Assembly (NCBI GenBank): GCA_010909165.1
Contig: MU008155.1
Span: forward strand, 2,232,001 to 2,296,000
Length of the DNA stretch: 64,000 nucleotides
Source of the DNA: Anthoceros angustus
Taxonomy: Eukaryota; Plantae; Anthocerotophyta
Direction: 5' to 3'
Shown here: positions 1-11,726 of the stretch, piece after piece
Layout of the letters: the number at the start of each line of letters is the position of its first letter
Position numbering within the stretch: position 1 is the stretch's first letter
Translations under genes and position numbers: made by a program
Notes under the pieces: model-generated
Told to the model about the DNA's origin: nothing
Seen by the model: only the letters and a program-made list of their open reading frames with translations
Database searches by the model: none

Positions 1-3000
1 TGGGGCAGCCACTTGGGGCGAGCTCGAGCTTTATAGAAAAGGAAGAAACAAGATCGTGCTCGTAACAAGAAGACATCGGTAAGGAGAGCAGAAAAGGCTT
101 TGAGCATGCAGGGTAGGCCGGCCCGGACCGGGATGCCGAGGACCCCGCAGCCACAGTTTCAAAGAGCTTCAACTTTTCTCTCCACTTTTGCAACTCATCC
201 TCCGAGGCAACCTCCAATAAAGGGACCTACATTGGTGAATTGCTTCACATTCTCCTCGCCAAGTCTCCACTTGGCCGTTGGTGCCTCTTTTGCCCGAGCA
301 CAACAAGCGATTGAATATTCGGTGGAAGCCTTTGCATTGAAGCAATACTCAAAACACGAAAAGCAGATGGCAATTATCCAGGTGACACAACAAAGGATTC
401 CTTACCTTGATAACATCCTCAGATTGGTACATGAACAACAATTCCATAGCCAACTTCTCTGCAAAAGTCCCCGAATTCAGGCAGTCAGTAGAAAGTACGG
501 CCGCCATATAATTACATTGAACAAAAGAGAATCTTCTTTCCAGAGAGACTCTGAAAACATAGTGTCAGAGTCTCTGAAAACATAGTGTCAGAGTCTCTGA
601 AAACAGAGTGGTTTTTTGTTTTCACGTTGACACTTTTGAAAGCACTTTTGAAAGAGAGACACGTTTGAAAGAAATGAGAAAGTCTGACCGCTTTGGTGCA
701 TGGCCGCTCTTGGCGAGGGGTTGTGTGGTGAGGTAGCACGTCCGTACTAGATTCGCTAGTATATTTGTATAGATGCCTACGTATTCTGGCGTATTGTACA
801 AGTTTGGTGCGAAAAAATATGCCCCGTCCCCTCTGTTCGCTTTGGCTTGCCATAGAAACCTCGTAGACGAGGTTATGAAGGACGATCCTATACCTTTCAC
901 CAATATTCTGTTCTATATGTAAGTGATCGGATACAAAAAGATGGGATTTAAACTGTACCAAGGCTGCATAGGTTACAGCAACGCGTTACGGAAGGGTAAC
1001 TGGTGCAAAAAGGTAGCAAGGAGATCCGAAGCGCACCACCAAGTTATGGATATGGTTTTTAGGCAAACCCTCATTAGGGCACGATTCGAGTTTGAAATCC
1101 GTAATAACCCTCATTTGGCATCCTTCATTCCCATGCTTCACAAACAAAAATGTCCAACGTCCAACAAGGTATGGCCCCTATGGTCATGACTCATGCCACA
1201 AAGGCAGCCCGGGATGGTAGGCCCAACCACCTGGGGAGCAACGCGCATTTACTCTATAGGGAGGAGTAGCCCATGCGCCTCGAATCAAGACTTTGGGGTC
1301 TCAAGAAAATAGAGTACCTGGGCCACATCCTAGCACCTTAACTGTGGACCGGCATGTTAGATGTGTTGTTCTAGCATTGGTAACACATTTCTAAACAATT
1401 CATAGCCGCTTCTTTTCGCTTTCTTCCGTCTTCGATGTGTTTATTAGGTGGCGTAAACCCCAGCTCTCATCAATGCATTAATGATCATTCATCACAACAT
1501 TGAACTTGAATTTCAAGTCCACTGTCCCTCCTATTGAACTCTCCCTCCCAAAGCTCAAGGAAACCTCCAATGTTGGGCTCATTTTCACTCTTTAGAATGT
1601 GTCTCACTTGTGGGTGTGTATGCCATGATCTAAGATGTTGTACTTCTACTTGTTTCCTTGCAAATCCGAGATTAGTCTCATTCCATGCTTGGCTAGCTCC
1701 CAAATCGAGAACGGTCCATCGGGGTGTGGAAGACGCACATTGAGAGAGTAGGTCATGGAATCGACTAGTATCATCCGTTCCATAGTCTGGCGTGACCATC
1801 GGGTCGCCCGCCATAGTAGGAAGGGTTATTTTAGGCGGGACTAGGTTAAAGGGAAATAGGACGATTAGTTTTACAAAGCAACTTGGATGACACGAGGTCG
1901 GTCTCTGGGGCCAATGAGTGGGTGGGGCGGGAGGCTAGGGCGGCATATGTGCGGCACGGGCACCAAAACCGCTTCTCAAGCGGGCGTGGGTGCTGGCGAG
2001 GTTGAGCAGAGCGGGAGGCAGGGTCCGACCTCCTCAAGCGCTTACGACGCCGCAGAGGTGGGGCAAGGCGACTAGTCGGGGCTGCGGGTTGGGACGGGCG
2101 GGGCCCGCGGCAATGGGCTGGTTGGGGAGCAGTTGGGCGGCCGTGGGATGGGGCAGCCACTTGGGGGCGAGCTCTCGAGCTTTATAGAAAAGGAAGAAAC
2201 AAGATCGTGCTCGTAACAAGAAGACATCGGTAAGGAGAGCAGAAAAGGCTTTGAGCATGCAGGGTAGGCCGGCCAGACCCGCAGGATGCCGAGGACCCCG
2301 CAGCCACAGCTTCAAAGAGCTTCAACTTTTCTCTCCACTTTTGCAACTCATCCTCGCTGAGGCAACCTCCAATAAAGGGACCTACATTGGTGAATTGCTT
2401 CACATTCTCCTCTGCCAAGTCTCCACTTGGCTTCGTTGGTGCCTCTTTTGCCCGAGCACAACAAGCAGATTGAATATTCGAGGCTGGAAGCCACTGTACA
2501 GGAATTGAAGCAATACTCAAAACACGAAAAGCAGATGGCAATTATCCAGGTGACACAACAAAGGATTCCTTACCTTGATAACATCCTCAGATTGGTACAT
2601 GAACAACAATTCCATAGCCAACTTCTCGCAAAGTCCACAAAGCGATCGAGAAAGTACCCCATATAATTACATTGAACAAAGAGAATCTTCTTTCCAGAGA
2701 CTACGAAAACATAGTGTCGAGTCTCCGAAAACATAGTGTCGAGTCTCAAAGCAGTGGTTTTGTTTTCACGTTGACACTTTTGAAAGCACTTTTGAAAGAG
2801 AGACACGTTTGAAAGAAATGAGAAAGTCGACCGCTTTGGTGCATGGCCGCTCTTGGCGAGGGTTGTGTGGTGAGGTAGCACGTCCGTACTAGATTCGCTA
2901 GTATATTTGTATAGATGCCTCACGATTACGGCTGACAAGTTTATGCGAAAAATATGCCCGTCCCTCTGTTCGCTTTGGCTTGCCATAGAAACCTCAGACG

Positions 3001-3822
3001 AGGTTATGAAGGACGATCCTATACCTTTCACCAATATTTGTTTCTATATGTAAGTGATCGGATACAAAAGATGGGATTTAAAGCACCAGTGCATAGGTTC
3101 TGACAGCATTCTGGGTAACGGTGCAAAAGGTAGCAAGGAGATCCGGCGCACCACCAAGTTATGGATATGGTTTTAGGCAAACCCTCATTAGGGCACGATT
3201 CGAGTTTGAAATCCGTAATAACCCTCATTTGGCATCCTTCATTCCCATGCTTCACAAACAAAAATGTCCAACGTCCAACAAGGTATGGCCCCTATGGTCA
3301 TGACTCATGCCACAAAGGCAGCCCGGGATGGTAGGCCCAACCACCTGGGGAGCAACGCGCATTTACTCTATAGGGAGGAGTAGCCCATGCGCCTCGAATC
3401 AAGACTTTGGGGTCTCAAGAAAATAGAGTACCTGGGCCACATCCTAGCACCTTAACTGTGGACCGGCATGTTAGATGTGTTGTTCTAGCATTGGTAACAC
3501 ATTTCTAAACAATTCATAGCCGCTTCTTTTCGTTTCTTCCCGTCTTTCGATGTGTTTATTAGGTGGCAGAAACCCCAGGCTCTCATCAATGCATTAATGA
3601 TCATTCATCACAACATTGAACTTGAATTTCAAGTCCACTGTCCCTCCTATTGAACTCTCCCTCCCAAAGCTCAAGGAAACCTCCAATGTTGGGCTCATTT
3701 TCACTCTTTAGAATGTGTCTCACTTGTGGGTGTGTATGCCATGATCTAAGATGTTGTACTTCTACTTGTTTCCTTGCAAATCCGAGATTAGTCTCATTCC
3801 ATGCTTGGCTAGCTCCCAAATC
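1..3822. repeat. Tandem duplication with ~2.15 kb period (copy A 1-1706, copy B 2149-3822)
   Basis: The TGGGGCAGCCACTTGGGG... start recurs at 2149. Both copies end at GCTCCCAAATC (1706 and 3822). The ~1050-1400 block is nearly identical between copies, while the first ~1 kb differs by many small indels. Confidence 0.9.
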
Positions 3823-4102
3823 AGGAACAGCGATTACAAACTCCATTTCGGAAAAAGCTTGTGTGTGTTATCGATCCAAAACTCACCACTCACATCTGTG
3901 TGCAAAGAAACTAAAGAAATCCCAAACTAAACTTGGTGACAGAGCTAGAGAAAAGCGCTTGAAATTGTAGCAAGAAAGGTGCCTCATTTGTGCTGTGTTC
4001 GTTCATAGCACTTGTTAAGTTGTGTTATGGCTTTCCTTATCCTAATTGGTATGTTTACGCTGAAGAAAAAATGGTGGTAATGGGCAGGCGTCCATTCTCA
4101 AC

Positions 4103-5100
4103 ATGGCTTACACGGCGACCGAGGAGTTCATTGGTAAAGCACAAAGGAAACTGCACAATCGTTTAGATGTGGCATGTTTTCATCCAATGAAAGCAATATA
4201 TAGAAAGCACAGGCGATTCGACTTGCAACATGATGAGAGTCTGAATGTTAGTAAGCAAGATCTGGCCATGCTAATTTCACGAGCAGGTGCCGATGGTCTG
4301 AGGTCAAACAACATTGAAGCTGGTCTGTGGGCATGTGAAATCTTCCCTTTCAACAGGGTTGTGATAGACACTTCTTAAGCATCGAGCATGCCTTACCCGA
4401 GAGAGTGGGATCCATAACTCGAAAGCCGTGTGGATGAGCCGGAACTAGGTCTGGAACTTGAGCCTGAACACGAACGAGACTTAGAGCCTCGACATGAACG
4501 AGATTTCGAGCCTGAACATGAACAAGACTTGGAGCCTAAACTTGAAGAGGAATTGGAGCTGGGACACGAAGAGAAATTGGAGCCGACACATTAAAAGGAT
4601 TGGGAGCCTGCACATGAATAGGATTGGGAGCCTATAATGCATCTAATGAGTTTGATGGTGCAGCAGATTTGCTGCTACAGTTGTCACATGGAAACATGGA
4701 TGAACTGCACGCAGATGGACAATGTGCAGAGGTGGAGGCTGATGGTCACCCTAGCTTTGCAGATATGGATGAAGAGCAAGCACTCCAAGCAATGATGTCA
4801 TCGCAGTGGGTGGGCGTGTCACATAGGGTTTTCTATCAGGAAGAGATTGAGGGAGGCAGCCGTGTTGCAGATATCCTGCGCTTTGCCTACCGTGGAGAAG
4901 CTTCTCGCTGCCAACTCTAAGAAGAATTCCTTTGCACATTCCTAGCTTGTAACAGCAGATGAGTGGATCATGGCAGAGGCAAGGTGGAAGGAGGAAAAGG
5001 CTGATCTGTTAGAGGAGAAACAAAAGAGGGAGTAAGCTCGTATTTAGAAAATGTTGAGAAAGGAAGTGGTTGCAGCTAAATGGAGAAACGAACCCCCGTG
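4103..5100 (+). mobile_element. Degenerate pogo/Tc1-mariner (DDE_1 family) transposase C-terminal remnant
   Basis: LDVACFHPMKAIY resembles the QPLDVxxFxPLKxxY motif. NIEAGLWACEIFPFN resembles NIxxGFxACGIxPFN. An acidic/charged low-complexity tail with stops follows. Confidence 0.7.
4435..4640 (+). repeat. ~24 bp degenerate tandem repeat (GAGCCTGAACACGAACGAGACTT-like) in the transposase tail
   Basis: Repeated GAGCCT...GAAC units encoding EPEHERDL-like peptides. Confidence 0.7.
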
Positions 5101-5580
5101 GCCAATTCCAAGCAAGGCCGAGAAGAAACTAGCTATAGCAAGGTGGAAAGTAAGGCTTCAGCCAATAGAGCTCCAACAAAATGTAAGGAGTGAATCGCTC
5201 TCACACAGAGCCTGCAATCTTATGCCAAGCCATTAAGCATACCAAGAGAGGAATAGGGCCTTGCACGGGCAAATCCGCAGCGCATGAGGTACGATGGATG
5301 CCTAGTCACGGTCATGGAGCTCAAGGTGACCAAGGCCATCATGATTGTGAGAGGAACGAAGGATTTCATGAATCTCGTTGGAAAGGCCCGTGCACGCCCA
5401 AGTGTGGAGCGTTCATTTCCACGCTAGAGCCCATATGCGAGATTGCAACGATTGGTGGCGCTCAAGGTGGCGGCAAGTGGGGCTTTGAAAGCTCGTATTT
5501 CATAGTTATTATAATTTTTCTATATATTATATAGGATTAAAATTAAAGACTTAAGTACTACCTATTATGGTGAATCTGAT

Positions 5581-6010
5581 ACGTCATCCTTTCTCACCCA
5601 GTTACGGACTGGGCATATGGCTATTGGGGCTTATTTCAGGCGATTCAACATCGCTGGAAACCCATTTATCGAAATGTATGTCTTAGAAGAAACCCGCCAA
5701 AGACATCCTTGGTCGGTGCTCGGCTACCAAGTGGGACCAGATTTTCGTGGCTCTTACTATGATATGCGCCAACTCCTCAAGATTTCCAAACTCAAAGGGA
5801 AACTTATCTCTTACTTCAAGTCGATTGGCTACTTTTAGTGCAGGTTCCTTAGCAAAGCTATTTAGTCTTCTGATCTTTGTTTGATCTACTTTCTTTGCTT
5901 TAACGCTCTCCCAAATGTCACTGTAATTCATGTTCTTGATTCCTGTTCAGGCGTCATAGCCTCATGGCTGCATACGCCTAATGACTATAAATAAATAAAT
6001 AAATAAATAA
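5581..6010 (+). mobile_element. 5'-truncated non-LTR retrotransposon (LINE) 3' end, I/Tad-like C-terminus
   Basis: The frame from 5581 reads SFLTQLRTGHMAIGAYFRRFNIAGNP...EET, the QLRTGH motif that precedes the C-terminal CCHC. There is a (TAAA)n tail at 5987-6011. A 14 bp TSD with 1 mismatch flanks it: ATGGTGAATCTGAT (5567-5580) and ATGGTGAACCTGAT (6011-6024). Confidence 0.8.
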
Positions 6011-8556
6011 ATGGTGAACCTGATGGTAATTATTTTATAATATTTTGAAGTTATTTTCTATCCATCAATCATTTATGACCTTAACTTGCCAGGATGTGGC
6101 CCGGTACTCTATTGTTATAATTCCATAACCTAAAAAGGAGCATCTTCTACAGCCACACAAAAACTTATTAGTTTTATTTCATATTTAGAAATATTAATGT
6201 TGACTCGATTTATGTATTAGATCAATGAGAGGTTCAAAGTAATTTGCCCTCTACATTTCTTCTTTTTGACAGGATTATTCAACTAAATTAAATTAATAAT
6301 AAAGTAATTAAACTTTTTTACTAGTTTAATCCATTTGTTCTTCCTGCATATGATGTTCTAGGAGCAGTAGGTAACTTGAGGAAAGGAGCTTAGTCGCTCC
6401 TTTTCACCTTGACCTTCGGGGTCCACCTTCATTGTCCCCTACTGGATGGGTTTTTTCCCATCCTTTTGTCCCTCATCCTTTTTTCCCTCAAGAAACATAC
6501 TCTTGTTTAAATATGATTACTCGTAATTTTTTAAATTTTAAACAAAATAAATACTATTTTAAAGGTCTGTTACTAATTATAAATCACAAGACTTTTCATC
6601 TCATTTTTAAAAAAGTGACTGGCTTTGCTTTTGAGCAGGCTCCGCCCATCCTTTTTGAATCAAATTTCCGGGATGTAGTCACTGATTCTTTCGAAAAGCT
6701 ATTGCCACAATTTTATTTAGTGACGCCTTCTGCGCATGAGAGCCGTGCATCTCTTGAGCCATCGAGCAAAATAATCTGATCATCGTAGCACCATCGCATC
6801 TCAATGAGAACGGGCGAGAATCGGCTTGGCCTAAATTTGCGGGCCCTAATCGTGCCTTTCCACACGAGTGTGAGAGAAAGGCCTACACTTCTCTCTTCTA
6901 ATATAGTGTGGCAAGGGGACATAAAGTGGGCTTGGCATATGGAAGGATGCCGTGTGTTTTCAAATAAGACATAGAATCGTAGGTGGACAAGGTAGGGCAA
7001 GTAGTGGTAGGAGCTAACTCCGGGGTACAATTTTGCAAAACACTTCACACAACCCCGTGTTGATTTTTTCATTTGAACTTGGGCAATTTTGTGTTTTCCA
7101 CCGTGGTTCTCAAAAAGCAACCCAACGTGTGTGTCTTAGACATCTGGGTTTGGTGATGCCACCTTGGGTGTGAACTTTCAGGCATAATCGTGTAGTTTTT
7201 CCATCTGGCTCGAAGAAGTTTCACACACGCTACGATGGGCTTGCTTGCTTCGATGGGAATCATTTGCTGGCAACATAGACATTATAGGAAAAGCATGTGC
7301 GCACATGAGGCAGCCCTCAATTACCAGATTTTTTGAGTGAGCATTGGTGACAAGAAAAATGGAAGAGTGGAGATCTCAAATTATCTGAAAAATAGGCCCG
7401 AACACCCTCGGTCATCCTGGGATTAAGGTTGGGTTCGCATGCTTACTCAACTTGCCCAAAACCCAATTTCCACAGGCATACGACAAATCATAATTAGTGC
7501 GACTTGCGGTTCTATTTGCCTTACCTGGCGCAAACCCACGAGTGTATTTTTAGTGGGTTATTAAACAACCAAGTAACTTGGTTGTCGAGTGACCGTGACC
7601 GGTGCCACGTAGGTATATTCTTATTATCCATTCGGATTATGGGAACTATAACAGTTAAATACACGCTTCCGTTAACATTAACGAAAGCCGTTTCATATAT
7701 CGGGTTGGGTTCAATATGGGTTAGATTAAGACCAAAGAGCAACCCTTTACTTGCTCGGTGGCGCGCTCATCCCTTACTCTTCACATCCCGTGCTCATCCC
7801 GTGCTCTTCACATCTCACACGTTGAGGATTCTGGAGCTTGTTCCCATCTCCTGTGCACAATGTTTAACATCTTGGCCACTGCCCACTGTACAAGCTACTC
7901 AGGACAAAAGAACCGTCCATGCTAGAGAGGAGCACCAAGGTAACAAGCATAACCTAACAAGCACGCATGAGGTACGTGACTCTTCAATTGTAAGGTAGAT
8001 CACCTTACAATATAAAGGTAGATCATGGGCTTCCTTCTCTTTGGAATTGTAGACCATCCCATTGTGTTTTGTCACTTAAGAATGCAATTATCATACAAGA
8101 GGAAGGTTAGCATAATCAATGATATACTCTCAAATATCGTGGCCACTGTTGTGAACCACGGCTGCCCCACGTGCATGTAGCTTGTGTCTAACATTTGCCA
8201 AGTGATAGAATCCACTATTGAACAAAATGCGCATGTCATTAGCAGCTGCATGCCAGCCTGTGAGAACATCTTCGAATCGTTGGTCGGGACTTACTATTGC
8301 TGCATAACCATAGTGAATTCCTTGTACCTGCCATGCCATTGGCCCAAGCATTTTGTCGTGCTCCAAGCTGCATTTTGAAATGAGTTGCGTCTATGGCACC
8401 ACAACAGTTGATGAGCCCTCTTTTTCTTTGAAACCTTGCTTTTACACCTTGAATTCCTGCTTCATTTGGTCATTGAAGATGATGTGACCCTACTTTTATC
8501 ATTGCTCGAATGAACCTCATGCTCACCTCACATGTTGTGGCGCTCACAATGAAACA

Positions 8557-10271
8557 TGTGGACGGACTTTTGCTAGCGGACTAGCTGGGTACACACTTAT
8601 AACCCAATGTCGATGTAGTACTGGGGTTCGTTCCACAAGAAATGGACTCGTATTTATTCTGCCTAAGCTCTAGAACCTATTGCCTGAACGGTGTTCATCG
8701 TGTTGGGTCCGGCGAACTTCGTGAACCTTGGGCGCGTGCCACTCCACAACTCAACAGACTGGATGTGCCACCCACCGGACCTTCCCACAAAACTCCGCTC
8801 TGGGTATCTCAAAACACCGTTTAAGGTCTAGTGGACCAGAACAAGTTTAACGATGATTCCTCCATCAATTTATGTACCCTAGCACCCCAATGCTCCTACC
8901 TCCTCAACTCTGCCTGGCAGCAACTCCAATGCAACACACAGGCCGCAATGCCTTCCTCCTTCCTTATGCACCCATAGCTGGTATTTGCAACACCAACACA
9001 CACCGGACCGCCTTTGCTCTTTCCGGCTGCTTCGCATTCCGTGAGCTAGTAGCTTCTCAACCTGCAACCCATAGCCTCCGTCCTAGCAGCCTCTAAGGAT
9101 GGTTTCCGCACATAAGGGTCACCCCCAAGCCCCTCCTAACCCTTCCGACTGCTTCACGTTTTGCGGAGTAGTGGCTTCGCAGCCTGCAACCCCATAGCCT
9201 CCGTTCCAGCAGTCTCCAGGGTTGACCCCGCACTAAGGGATCACTTCCGAGCGCCAGCTAAGCTCAGGTCCGATCCTGGTCTGCACTCATCAAGCGTGTT
9301 AGTGTAGCTCGTCACCAAAGCTCTCAACACATGCCCCTTCCACCAGTTAATCTTGCAAGGTGACACAGGAACACACTCCGCTCCTCGAGCACGGGAGGCA
9401 AGAGCATACGGAGTGCGAAGATGGTACCCGGGATAGTCTGGGGGTCTTGGGCACCAGGCCTCCTTATATATCCCCCCCCACCCTAGTCTAACCAACCTAT
9501 ATATATACCCTAACCCTAGGTCGTTGCAACCGCCAGGCCGTAGCTCATCCTTCACACTTGCATACCCGGTGGACTTGCACACCCGTGGACACACACCATT
9601 GGACACACACCGGACTTGCACACCGCCGGACACACACCGCCGGACACACACCGCCGGACCGCACACCACGGACCTGACACACCGGACCTTGCACACCCAC
9701 TGGACTTGCACACCCGCAGGGCAATAGATCCGTCACCGGACTACGCCGCCTCGGACAATGCCGCCCGGACAATGCCGCTCGACCTACGCCACCCCGACTA
9801 CGCCGCTCAGCCAAACTAAGCCGCCCGACCGGGCTAGGCCGCCTGGCCGGACCAACTTCGTCGAATGCCGCCCGGCCAGACCAATCCCTTCGAACGCCGC
9901 CCGGCCGGACCATTTCCGTCGAATGCCGCCCGGCCGGACCATTCCGCCAAGCAGCAGAGCCATTCCGGACTACGCTGTCCGAACCACGCCAGGCACACTT
10001 CAATGGTCTTACTCCGGCAAGCTCCCCTTTAACGGACCATATCTCCCCCTTTGCCGTATCACCCCGTCTCAATGGACCAGTCCAGCACTCGTCAGACTGG
10101 TTCAGCCCCAACGGACCCAGGGTCTAGGGATTGCACTCTAAGTGCAATCCGGCCAAAACGGCCTCATTAGCTAACTCCTCCTAGCCCTATTAAAAAGTAA
10201 CAACCCAAAAAAAACAAAACAAGCCTTAAAAAAGCCACCGGGGGTATGAGCATCAGGTTTGGCACTCTACA
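8557..10271 (-). mobile_element. Solo LTR (1715 bp)
   Basis: Ends are TGTGGA...TCTACA (TG..CA). A 5 bp TSD AAACA sits at 8552-8556 and 10272-10276. TATA-like TATATAAGG/TATATATAGG occurs on the minus strand near 9460-9510, with internal GC-rich minisatellites. Removing it rejoins the Harbinger ORF halves. Confidence 0.85.
9585..9970. repeat. GC-rich minisatellites inside the LTR (CCGGACACACA-like and ~29 bp CCGCCCGGCCGGACC...GAATG units)
   Basis: Repeated units are directly visible. Confidence 0.8.
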
Positions 10272-11558
10272 AAACATATGTATCACTTGTAGCAAACCTC
10301 CGCAAAGCTATGGCAACATGTTTGTTAACATCCACTATTCTACCATGAACCTTTGCAAGACCAGGTGGTGGTGCACAGGGTGAGAATGGAGTTGTCTCTC
10401 AGCTTTGCACATATTGCAATAAAACCTGTACTATGGAGGGAATTGTCATTGCTATGGTGTATGTTGCCATGTGCATAGGATCTATGAGGAAGGGTGTGTG
10501 TGAACGGCTCTTTCCGCTAGAAAGCACTACCGGCGGAGTGCAATCTTTGTTTAGCTAGGGAGCTGTTAGATCAGAAAACATTATCTTGGTGGAGGAATGT
10601 GTGGCAGAGGTATTCCTCTGCCAAGTTGGAGGATCAGCTAAGGCTGGCTGAAAAGTGTGTAAGATCAAGGGGCCCAGGGTCCCCTACCAAGTCTAAGCGG
10701 GAAGCATTATTTGGATTCCTACTTCGTCTCTACAGACTCCCTGAGGTTGCCAAGTCCTGCTGCTCAGAGTAGGCCTTCTACAACATTTGTCCATGAGCCT
10801 GTAGTTGTATGCTGTCCTCAGCTGTGTGTGTATGGAGAGTGGCCCCATCTGTATTGTGTATCGTGTACATGTATGCTGAGCATCTAGGGGACTCCCCATT
10901 TGTCCTTGTCCTGCATCAAAGGCAAACGTGTGACCAGTGGGCTGTCATTGTGGGTAGTTGGTTGCTTCGAAAGTGTGTCCGTTAAGCCACGAGAGCCGTA
11001 TCCAAGTCACAAGCCATGGTCTGAAGTTTTTGGAGCCTCAACAGTACTAGGAGAGTTGAAATCCTTATCTGTTAGAGGGTCGGAGGTGTTGTGTCCAATC
11101 CCTCTTTCAAAACAGTCTTTTCACATATCTATCCTCCTGAGACAGGACAATACAAAGCTAATTTATATATAATTAAAAATAAATAAAAAGTAATATATAA
11201 ATAATTGTTTTCTCGGAAGAAACGCTTCTTTGGCTGGTCGGGTACCCATAAACGGGAGGGGCAGATGTAACGGGCTTGGGCCTCGTGATCCCAGTGTGGA
11301 GACGTCAGAGGAAAGCGGAGAGGATTCGCGGTCCGAAAGCAGTAACCGAGAGCAGCCGATCATGTACTTCACGCTGCTGGAGGAGGTGTTTTCTACTGCA
11401 GCCCCGGCAAGCGAGATGAGTGCAATTTCGGCAGAACTTCCTGAAAGTTTGATGAAAAAGGTACAGCTGTTCCTTCCAGCCTTCAACCAAGCTCGCTTCT
11501 GCACTGTGGCGGAAGCTGATTATAGCTTCCAAATTCCGGGACCGGACCAAAACGGATT

Positions 11559-11726
11559 TTAAGGAGTTCCAGTTGGTGTGTTGTTTAGCGCAGCTGGGAT
11601 AAGCTGCTTCTCACTTTGCGAGCAGTTCATTTCTGGAAACAGAAATGTATGCTGGTGAAGCGTGTAGCACGCATGCCTCTTCATTTGCAAAGTACCCGCT
11701 TCAGCCTTGCTTGACTATGGGGAGTA
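11559..11726 (-). pseudogene. Decayed DYW:WW deaminase domain downstream of the PPR stop
   Basis: The in-frame continuation reads *YSP*SSKAEAGTLQMKRHACYTLHQHTFLFPEMNCSQSEKQLIPAALNNTPTGTP*. This aligns to DYW MKxxGYxP...CGHSEKLAIAxALxNTPxGTP. Confidence 0.7.

Larger units (their letters stand above)
8050..10430 (-). pseudogene. PIF/Harbinger (HARBI1/ALP1-like, DDE_Tnp_4) transposase pseudogene, split by a solo LTR
   Basis: The 5' part (10430-10272) reads PPPGLAKVHGRIVDVNKHVAIALRRFATSDTY. The 3' part (<8556) reads RFIRAMIKVGSHHLQ*P...GLINCCGAIDATH and ...AIVSPDQRFEDVLTGW...NDMRILFNSGFY. Stops and frameshifts are present. Confidence 0.85.

Noticed and set aside
100-3970. ORFs within the 2.15 kb duplication
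   Set aside because: Frames differ between copies because of indels, and no protein family was recognised.
9241-10141. ORFs of 127-188 aa
   Set aside because: They are products of GC-rich minisatellites inside the solo LTR.
10585-10640. Plus-strand SWWRNVWQRYSS resembling an ALP1-like N-terminal motif
   Set aside because: It is on the opposite strand to the Harbinger remnant and too short to separate from chance.
11230-11562. 110 aa plus-strand ORF
   Set aside because: It starts at TTG, has no motif, and lies in the 3' flank of the PPR gene.
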